Shown here one piece after another: positions 53,601 to 64,000 of a stretch of DNA of 64,000 nt; position 1 is the stretch's first letter; the number at the start of each line of letters is the position of its first letter. Origin of the DNA: Octopus vulgaris (Eukaryota); the NCBI GenBank assembly GCA_951406725.2, contig OX597836.1:22196001-22260000 (forward strand), in the 5' to 3' direction. A program made the position numbers and the translations under genes. The notes under the pieces were generated by a model that worked only from the letters and a program-made list of their open reading frames with translations, was not told where the DNA came from and did no database searches.

Positions 53601-54526
53601 GTGCATCTCTGATCATAAGCGGAAGTAGTGGGGGAGCATCATAGCCATGTGTTGAGAGGAATTCTTTGGGGTTTGAATAATTCACCTCTAGAAACAACCC
53701 TTATTCAGGGACCTTTTGTGCGGGATGGGTTACTGGACCAGAAGAAAATTCTAACAGGGCCCCACCTGCAAAGTCATGTGCTGCATGTGCCTGGCGTACC
53801 CTTATCAGACGGGTAGTCATGATGGGTATACTGGGCTTCGTATATTTTACCCCAGTATCACTTTGATGGCATGCACTGCTCTCTCACTCAATAATAATAA
53901 TGATAATAATAATAATACTTTCTAGCATAAGCACAAGGCCTGAAATTTGGGGAATGGGGGTTAGTTGATTACATCAACCCCCAGTGCGTAACTGGTACTT
54001 ATTTCATCAAGTCTGGAAGGATGAACGGTAAAGTTGACCTCGGTAGAATTTGAACTCAGAATGTAAGGATGGATGAAATTCCTTCAAGCATTTTGCCTGG
54101 TGTGCTGGAGACTCTCAACAACAATGATAGTAATTTCTTTTGGCTATGAACATGAATTCATAGACAAGTGCAGAAATAGATATATTTGATAAATAGATAA
54201 GACAAAAACAGACAGATAATTATAGACAGAGATTTATGGATGGAGATGAAATTATAGGGTAGATGGGCGATGATGGGAGTTAATAAAGAGAAGACACAGA
54301 GATATGAGATAAAAATAAAGGTATGCACACACACACACACACATACGGCATGGAAAATGGATGTTAAATGATGGTGATATATGTATACAGTATACTATTA
54401 TCAAAACTGACAGACAGTGAAATAGAACTGTCTTTAAAATTCAACAACAAAGAATTAAACAAATTAAATTTACAAAAAAAAAAAGAAAAAAAAAGGAACA
54501 AGTTTAAAGTAGTACAATCTCAAACG

Positions 54527-54572
<46 letters not shown>

Positions 54573-54992
54573 TGTGTGTATGTGTGTGTAGTTTCTCCCT
54601 GCCCAAAATATAAAACGGTATAGAAACCTCAACAAGCAGACTGGAAAGACTAATTAGATGGGAAAAAAATAAAATAAAAAATAAAAACAATAAACATTAA
54701 TAAATAACAATTATAGGAAAATTTCCAATAACATAGTTGTGTGTGTGTGCGATGCGTGTGTGTGTGTATGAGTGTGTGATTAAGTATGTATTACTATTGC
54801 TCCATTTTGCTTGACTGCAATATTTAAATGTTTGCTTATGCATACATGAATAAATATATCTATATGGAGGAGTATACGTGTTGGTTGGTATGTGATATCA
54901 GGAAAAATGAATATTAAAAGTATATTTCCATAACTATATACATACATGTACATATATGCGTATCTCTCATTCATTCACTGTCTCTCTCTCTC

Positions 54993-55029
<37 letters not shown>

Positions 55030-55057
55030 ACATATCTGTGTCTCTATATGTATAACA

Positions 55058-55111
<54 letters not shown>

Positions 55112-55701
55112 TACATACACTCACTTACTCAAACACATACAAATAAAGTTGTAAACATCAACAGAATAATTGCTAAAGCACTTGTACTTCATATTCCTCC
55201 ACTTGTCGAACTAAAAGCCCATTTATAGGGGAAGGGGGGAAAGGAGAGGGTTCTAATTTATGTAGACAAAATCGAACATCTTAGAATATTCAGTTAGGGG
55301 TCATGTGATTAACATCACAGATTTGAATTCCCATAAATTTGATTGGCTGATGAAAATGACAGTTAGTTGCACAGGCAGAATAATAATTTAAGACTAAATG
55401 GATTTGTTTGCTTCTGAAAGAAAAATGAGAGAAGAAAAATTTGAGAGTAAATAACATAGGTAAGAGAATAAGAAAAGATGAACAAGATTAATAAGCATTA
55501 GTTGAAATGAGGTTAGGCAATATGTAAGAATGAGATAAACTGTGTTTAGATGGTAGGTAAAATGAGATAAGATAAATATAAATTGTGAAACAAGATGAGA
55601 TCAGATGTAATGAGATCAGATATAATATGATACAAGAGTGAGATCAGGTTTAAGATGGATCAAGATGAGAAAAACTGAGATCAATTGAAAAATGAAGTAG
55701 A

Positions 55702-55866
55702 ATGAAATAAACTGAGATCAGATGTAACATGATACGAGATGATATATTAAGTGAGATGAGGTTTAAGATGATAGAAGATGAAATAAACTGAGATCAGATG
55801 TAACATGATACGAGATGATATATTAAGTGAGATGAGGTTTAAGATGACAGAAGATGAAATAAACTG
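55702..55866. repeat. 76-bp tandem duplication (one mismatch) within a degenerate (GAGAT/AGATG) pentamer tract ~55480-55900
   Basis: atgaaataaactg recurs at 55702, 55778 and 55854. Confidence 0.9.
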
Positions 55867-58800
55867 GAAGACTTGAATGAACTGAGATCAAATTAAGGGT
55901 AAGTGAGTATTGACCAGGTAAAAACTAGAGAGGAGAGGAGGCAGCACCTATGGTAGTTTGCATAGTCTCTGAGATTAGTAAGGAGTAAAAAGGGGAAGAA
56001 ATTGTGACCCATGGATTACTGCAGTTACTCTCAGCTTGTAATCCTGTTTCAAATGCTTGCAACATTAAACTCTGCTAAAGAGCTGCTACTAAGCATGAAC
56101 ATCACCAATATTATTTTTGCTCAATTGTTACTATTATATGATAGTATCATAGTAACATTGTGAATAATATCAAGAAGTATATCATACATACAATAATTAT
56201 AATTTAACTTTTATAACATTTTTTGGTGCTTGTTATACAAAATGATGAAATAAATACTAATTTTCAAAAGAAAAATATTTATCACCCTTAAAATAAAATT
56301 AAATAAAACAAAAATTTTCATTTATGTAACTACCCTCATAACTACTTTCACTTTCTCATTTACCCTTCCTCTAGGGTTCTTTCTCTTTCACTGTAAGTAT
56401 ATGCACAGTGTTCCTTTATTTATTGCCTGCCACCAAGCCTAGTACATGTACCCATCCTGCACTTCTTATTTTAACGCAATCTGTATCTTTTTTTTTTTAC
56501 CCCCCCCCCCCCCATCTCTATACAATGTAAAGTGTGACTAGACACCAACCAAGCAACCAACCAACATTCATCCCAGTTGTCATTATTGAACAGAATTTAC
56601 TCCCTGTTTACTTGATCTTATTTGAGCAATTTATTAATCTAATGTCAGAAATTATTAAAGATACTGTAACCCTCCCTCTTCACAATCAAGATTAAATGAG
56701 CTGAGATCAAAAACACAAGATCAGAGTATGTAAATTATAATAATTTCTTAAACAGATGAGACCAGATGATGAGCAGTGATAAAAGTTTGATAAAGTTCAA
56801 ACCCAGGTTGTTGAGCTACAACAAGTTACTAGCTAAGTTCAATCAACATGAGAACAGATTAGATTGAGAGATCAGATCATCTTGAAACCAGTTGAGACAG
56901 AAACAGATGAGATAATTTAAGATTATGTTTGACTACCATGATATGATGTGATTGATTTAAATTGATAAGTTAAAGTAAATATATGTAAATCCTTGTTCTG
57001 TTTTAAGGAAAAGGGAATAATGGAATTTTAAATTGGTAAAATTTATAGCATGGCAATTGGAAATAATTAAAATAAAATGATAAAAGGATTCCCAGATGAT
57101 GGAAACAATTTCAAATATAGACCTATTAAGAGATGCCAAGAAACGTGAAATTTGTGCAAAATTGCACTAAATGTGCTGAGAAAGACAGAGAAATTAAGAA
57201 TACACAAAGGGATACGCACACACACACGGAGTGAGCAGAGGAAGCCCCAAAAGAGAAAAATTAAATTTTAAGACTAAGTTAATTGAAAGCAATTTGTAAA
57301 AATGGGACAAACCACATATGACACGAGTAATGAGGTTTGAAATATTTTAACTAAATTAACTGAACATAGTCATTAAGAGCATTAGAGAAGAGAATAGAGC
57401 ATCATGGGAAAACACACACACACATGTATGCATGTAACAACTTATGCACAAGAGAGAGATGTAGATAATGTGTATATACACACACACATATATATGTATA
57501 CACAATTATGTAGATAACTATGTACATATATATATATAGACAAGAAAGAAACTAGATATACATATGCATATATGCATGCATACATACATTTATATTTGTG
57601 CAGACCTGTGTGTGTGTGTATCTGTTCATGCATATATATATATATATATACACACATATACGTATATATATGTGTGTATATATAACATCATCATCATTTA
57701 GCGTCCGCTTTCCATGCTAGCATGGGTTATATATATATATATATACGTATGCTAGCATGGAAAACGGACGCTAAACGATGACGACGATGATGATGATATA
57801 TATTTATATATTTGCGTGCACAGATATTTATTTACATATATCCTTACACATACACACACATACTGAGATGCATGAAAACATCCCAATACAGAGATGCAGT
57901 TGCCATGGTGACTGTTAGCAGAGAGAGACTTCTAGTTTAGATATGCAAATGGAAATTGTGTGTTGGTCATCTCATTGCTAATCATGGACCAAAGTTTGGA
58001 CCATTCACTCATGTAATTTCCTGTCTAAATACCAAAGTTAATGAACAAGAAACCACCATCAGCTGGCTGTAACAAAACCAAGGAATCAGAGTTGTAAAAG
58101 ACAGAGCAGTCTGATTAATAATTAAATGCCTAACGACAACACCAACATCGGAATATCAATGAACCAAACAAGTGGAGCGTCTACAAGAATTGGTCATGTC
58201 ATCAGAAACAGCAGCAAAATTTTCCCTCCACCTTTAAAGATAATGAAAGCTGCTTGTTCAGGACTAGTATAGAACAATAAGTGGATACCACAGGGTTGTA
58301 CAATAAGTGGGATACTCCAAGGTACACCAGTAACAGTACTACTTTGGCAAATTAATTTTTTAATTAGTCACTAATCAACAAGGAGTTATTGGACCGATGA
58401 TCATCAAAGACATTCCAGCTGTGACTATTCTGTTTTTTTTCTTAACAAAACATATGTATATCTAGGACTATATTATCCAATGTGACCTTTATTTAGATTT
58501 AAGACAGTAATGAGAGATATATCGTTGCCATTTCTAGGAAGATAAATGATCACATAGAGATTCCTTCTGTGGCCTGGCAAAGTGGTTTCTTAACTTGTGA
58601 TGGTGTAGTAGTCGTAGTAGTAATCTAACCCCCACCTCCAGGCCTATCCTGATTAAGTAGAATCGATGATCAAAAATGCTAACCTGATATACTTCAGTAC
58701 TACATCCTCATGTATAAACAAGCCAGCTTCATTTTTTAAAAAAAGTATAGGGTGTTCTTTGAAGGAGATTTGGCTGCTGTATCTAGCTAACCAAGTGACT

Positions 58801-59429
58801 ACATAAAGGTGCTATCTTGCATTTCAGAAGTACAGTAGTAGAGAGATGTATGTGGATCATATCAATATAACTTAATCTAAACCCACCACAGAAGGACAAA
58901 TTCTTCAGTAATGCTTTAACAACCTAGGTTTAACAGTAAGAGAGGCGGGGTTGGATTTGATCTGAGAAGCTTTTATAGAACTTAACAATAACCAAAACTT
59001 TGCTTTAAAAAATGGACATCCATAGTGGGACCCTACTTTGATCTGCTTGAAGGGACAGCTAAAGTTGCCCTCAGTAAATTGGCTACTGAAGATGAGAATG
59101 GAGAACAAGCTTTTCAAAATTGTAAATATTGATATGTATTCTTAAAAGACAATGACTTGGGGTCATGTAATTGGCTAGCCCCTTCTCTTCAAAAAATTCC
59201 TAGATGTGTGCCCTATACAAGAAAGGATTAATAATATTAATGAAGGCAATGTGCTGGCAGAATTGGTACCGTGCTGGACAAAATACTAAACGACCTTTCT
59301 TCAGGCTTTACATGCTGAGGGCAACTTTGCCTTCCATCCTTTCACGGTTGATAAAGTAAGTACCAGTTGAACACTGGGATCCATAAAATCGATTTCCCCT
59401 CCCCTCAAAAACATTATTATTATTAACAT

Positions 59430-59768
59430 TGTTATTATTATTTATTGTCTTTGCACAGCTAACAGCCCTTATTTTTTGAGCACCGTCAGGAGTATTCGAG
59501 CGATTCCAAGCAGTGCTGTTCTCTGCAAGTGCTCCACCCTTACTGCAGCCCCTATTTGTTCCATGTACTTCTCAAGATTTTTACTCACTGTTCCCAGGGC
59601 TTCTACTATCACCTCTTCCATCGACCACAAGTGCTTAACCTCCCAAGCTAACCTGTCATATCTATCGACTTTTCTTCTTTATCATATACCTTGTCAGCTG
59701 GGCATGCTATCTCTATGATCCAGCATAGTTTGCTTTCATTCTCAATTAACACTATGTCTGGTTTCCTT
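59430..59768 (-). mobile_element. R4/Dong-clade non-LTR retrotransposon 3' fragment (restriction-like endonuclease domain)
   Basis: KPDIVLIENESKLCWIIEIACPADK (PD..E motif) and ALGTVSKNLEKYMEQIG..LQRTALLGIARILLTVLKK*; lies between TTA repeats. Confidence 0.85.
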
Positions 59769-60039
59769 ATTATTACGTCCTGTGTTTTGTCCCTTTATGT
59801 TTTAATTGATTTTTGTTAGCCCTTGTGGCCAATAAACGAACGAATTATTATTATTATTATTCAAAGATTCTAAACTGGATAAAAAATTTCAAGCTTACAG
59901 AAGATGTGGTTTCATGTCCCATGGGCAGCCTCCAACTTTTTCTATCCAAAAGGGATTTTAACCCAATATTTACATCCTAGAAATTTTTTAGTTATATCCA
60001 CTTAAAATTCTACAGTTAAAAATGTATCATTATTATTAC

Positions 60040-60071
<32 letters not shown>

Positions 60072-60954
60072 GTCATCATTGCAGTTCATTCCAAGTTTTG
60101 GTTCCCAGAGAAGTCAACAAGTGTCAAATTCAATAGTTTGCTATTTGTTGCAGTTGCTGTTAAACCCCAGGTCAGCTCCTGGTGCTAAATAGCTGGTCTG
60201 TGATCAAAGGCAATCCAGTCATGACCATCCCATCTTTTTTTCCCCTGTGTCACAGAGAATCCTTCATAAGGACACATCACATAATTATATACCATGTCCT
60301 TATCTAAGATGGCAGATGCAATTTGAGAGAATATGATTGCTGTTTCTAGTACATCAAATGACCATGTAGAGGTTCTCTCGTTGGCTTGTTTGACAAAGGT
60401 TGGTTAAAGCGGCAATAAAAGAGGGAAGATAAAGAAGATGAGGAATACAGAGTCATTTTGATTTTCAATTCACATTACACCTCATTTCCAATTATGAAAT
60501 CATTTGCCCCAGACTCGTTACTTAACGAACAAAAAAAAAAAAATTAAACACAACAGCAAATTTGTTTTATAAAGAGATGAACCTGGCTATAACATTAATT
60601 AAATGTTTTTATTAGATTGACTAACGATGTATTGTGGGTCACTCACCTAAAGTACATTGCTCAGAGCAATGCAACAACAACAATAATAAACAGAAAATAA
60701 TGGATGTGAGAAAGCATGTGTTTGTGTGTGTGTGTGTGTGTGTGTATGTGTGCTTCAGTAATTAATACTATCATTAAATCCAGATATTGGTTTCTCAGCT
60801 AGTATCCAGGAAGTTTTACAACACTTCTCTGTAAGTGCAATTTAATGTTTTCACACAGAAAACAGCACACACAAAAAAAAAGCAGAGACAAATATACAAA
60901 ACACTACACATACACACACTCAAACAAATGCAAACACACATGTATGTATATGGG

Positions 60955-60967
60955 TGTGTGTGTGTGC

Positions 60968-61017
<50 letters not shown>

Positions 61018-61254
61018 ATATGTATATGTATATATGTATATATATGTGTATATGTATATATGTATATGTATATATGTATATATATGTATATGTATATATA
61101 TGTATATGTATATATATATATGTATATATATGTATATATATGTATGTATATGTATGTATATGTATATATATGTATGTATATGTATATATATGTATATATA
61201 TGTATATGTATATATGTATATGTATATATATATATGTATATATATATGTATATG

Positions 61255-61300
<46 letters not shown>

Positions 61301-61445
61301 CACGTATATATATATACGTGTATATATATATACGTGTATATATGTATACGTGTATATATGTATACGTGTATATATGTATACGTGTATATATGTATACGTG
61401 TATATATGTATACGTGTATATATGTATACGTGTATATATGTATAC

Positions 61446-61477
<32 letters not shown>

Positions 61478-61756
61478 GTGTATGTGTGTATATGTGTATG
61501 TGTGTATATGTGTATGTGTGTATATGTGTATGTATGTATATGTGTATGTATGTATATGTGTATGTATGTATGTGTATGTATGTATGTGTATGTATGTATG
61601 TGTGTATGTATGTATGTGTGTATGTATGTATGTGTGTATGTATGTATGTGTGTATGTATGTATGTGTGTATGTATGTATGTGTGTATGTATGTATGTGTG
61701 TATGTATGTATGTGTGTATGTGTGTATGTATGTATGTGTGTATGTATATATATATG

Positions 61757-61787
<31 letters not shown>

Positions 61788-61804
61788 GTATATATATATA
61801 TATG

Positions 61805-61862
<58 letters not shown>

Positions 61863-61900
61863 TATAATATATATATGTATATGTGTGTGTGTGTGGATGT
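60955..61900. repeat. ~0.95-kb compound purine-pyrimidine microsatellite
   Basis: (TA)n, (TATATG)n, a 14-bp TATATGTATACGTG-type unit, then (TGTA/TGTG)n, then (TA)n. Confidence 0.95.
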
Positions 61901-62514
61901 ATGTATATATTGCACACCCACACATATTTATGCACATATACATACCACAGACCTAAACATATCCACTAACATATATACACACCTACACATATACACTCAA
62001 ACACACACACAAATATATATATAATGGTTAGTAGCTTTAAACCCATAAGACTTCCATTTCTAGGTAGTTAAGTGTAAACATAGTTTGGCTCTACTAAGTC
62101 CTCATACAGACAGATAGATAGACAGACAGACAGACATACACACACACAAAGAAAATAAGTAATTACTAACAATTGAAATAGCATGGTAATTAATTTAAGC
62201 AGTAAATTACCATACATTTATTTATTTCTATATCTAATTAATCACTAATTCATTTATAAGTTGCTATGGTCAGTTGGTACCTAAACAGTTAACATAGAAA
62301 CAGTTACATATGCAAGTTTCTTTGGGGGCGGGGCTTTCTTTTACATAATTATGAATATTCATAGGAAAAGGTGTGGCAGAGGGTGGGTGGTACAGGAGTA
62401 AAATGAAATTGGAAAACAAAAGGGAAAAAAAAAACAGGGGTTAAAGTTCCCAGAATCACCCAAGGATATATAAATGACAAATGTAAATATTTCACTGAAA
62501 GATAGGTATATGTA

Positions 62515-62559
<45 letters not shown>

Positions 62560-63481
62560 TATACACAGGGGTTGGTGTTGGGGAAATACAGATGAAGAGG
62601 CTAAGAGGGTAGGCTTATAAATACAGGGTGAAGGGCCATCAATGTGACACTAGTGAAGTTAGGCAGATGTTAATGCTTGGTGTCTTCATGTAGTGGATGA
62701 TATACTGTTTGTTTTTGCAGAACCAAGGAGGCTTGGAGCAGTGCACATCATGCATTTGTAGTTGGGAAAGGATTTTTTTAAACTTTGCATAAATTGGTGA
62801 GAGAGAGAGAGAGAAATAGATAGGAAGATGGAGAGGTGTGGTTTGAATATTGTTGATGTTTGATGAGTTGGGAGTAGGGAGAGGTATAAAATGTGTAGAA
62901 GTTTTAGCTGTTATCAGCTACAAATAACAACAACAAATAAAAATAATAAAATAAATAGCAACAACAAATAAAAAAATATTGCATAAAAGAATTAAATACA
63001 AAAAAAAAAGGTATAACGATAAAAGAAACTTAAATCAATCACAGGTGTGTGTATATGCATGTGAGTGGGTGTGTGTGTATATTTATATACACACATAAAC
63101 AGATATACTTATATCTGTGTAAGGATCAGGTTATATCACAGTAAGGAAGTAATGAGAGTGAGAGAATGTCAATGGGTGAGTACTGAGTACGGAAAAGGAG
63201 TAGAAATCTGAGATAATGAACAGAGAGTATGAACATTATGTAGAAGAAGAGGAGGACAGAGGTCATTCAGGTGCAAGAAGATAAAATTGTATACATACAT
63301 ACATATATATATACACTCACACACGTACATATATATATATAAACCGGAGTAAACACATAAATGTGAAACAAGGTGGAAAAAAGAGTACTCAAATACCAGG
63401 GGTAGAGTAATATGCTTTATTTAAAAGCAGCAGAAATTCAACAAAACCTGTTACTCGGAGTTTCAGGTTTTATTTTTTAAA

Positions 63482-63530
63482 CAAAACTGTCCGACGAACG
63501 GGAACGTGAAACTCCGAGTAACAGGTTTTG
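63482..63530 (+). ncRNA. Minimal type-I hammerhead-like motif (variant core CCGACGA) in a Penelope-like inverted terminal structure (~63340-63560)
   Basis: caaaactgt CCGACGA acg-ggaa-cgt GAA ACTC-C-GAGT A acaggttttg; 51-bp perfect inverted repeat at 63415-63465 / 63507-63557. Confidence 0.62.
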
Positions 63531-64000
63531 TTGAATTTCTGCTGCTTTTAAATAAAGTATATATATATATACACATACACACATTCATATCCATGCATAC
63601 ATTACATATATACACATACATATACAGACACACATACATAATCGTCGTTTAACGTCCGTTTTCCATGGTGGCTTGGGTTGGACGGTTCGAGTGGAGTCTG
63701 GGAAGCCAGGAGGCTGCACCAGGCCCATATACACATAGATACATACATACAGACAATAGAATAGTATGAGTAAGTATATAGTGGAAGCAGAAGGATGTAA
63801 GATGGAATGTAGAGAGATGGAAATGTGTGAGTCAGTAAAATAGCAGAAAACTGCGGAAGTTTGTGTGGAAATTTGCTGTCAGCGTAAAATGACAGAATAT
63901 TGGAAAGTTTTTTTAAATCTTTTTAGTCAGAAGGAAAGGCCATGTCCATGACCCCAATCTAGAGCCTTAGAGATTAAAAGGAGGGATGTCTCCTGAAATT

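Noticed and set aside
60816-62024. Six long ORFs (333-375 aa), and similar ones at 6.3, 13.2-13.7, 36, 40-41 and 55 kb
   Set aside because: Translations of TA/TG/CA microsatellites (Y/I/H/T/C/V/M only), open in most frames because such repeats lack stops.
16391-64000. Upstream FARP exons (FERM/FA domain)
   Set aside because: No FERM- or FA-like peptide (e.g. RGSSFRYSGRT) seen; candidate donors at ~25240, 41037 and 48645 gave stops or the wrong phase. Small linker exons could have been missed by eye.

Overview
AT-rich eukaryotic DNA, dense in microsatellites and SINEs. The SINE and MITE content strongly suggests an octopus (coleoid cephalopod); this is an inference from remembered repeat families. 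The only host gene I can support is a minus-strand FARP/Cdep-family RhoGEF (FERM-DH-PH-PH). I reconstructed 11 consecutive GT-AG exons by hand (16390 to 1059, 1253 nt, one continuous frame). They encode the Pro-rich linker, the whole DH domain and the start of PH1. The gene runs off the left edge. I found no FERM/FA exons in 16.4-64 kb, which is probably one very large intron or upstream region. That stretch holds tRNA-derived SINEs, RTE and R4/Dong LINE fragments, a piggyBac transposase fossil, TTAA and hAT MITEs, a non-autonomous Helitron, a solo LTR, a ~540-bp foldback and minisatellites. Most supplied ORFs are microsatellite artefacts. The most unusual signal is four dispersed minimal hammerhead-ribozyme-like motifs with palindromic stem III (Penelope/retrozyme type) at ~30.4, 49.9, 50.4 and 63.5 kb. 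One has a canonical core on the FARP sense strand, and one sits in a densely hairpinned ~250-nt element. A CpG-retaining island at 18.5-19.25 kb may be an internal promoter for a FERM-less isoform. Everything was read by eye with no database search, and repeat boundaries are approximate.
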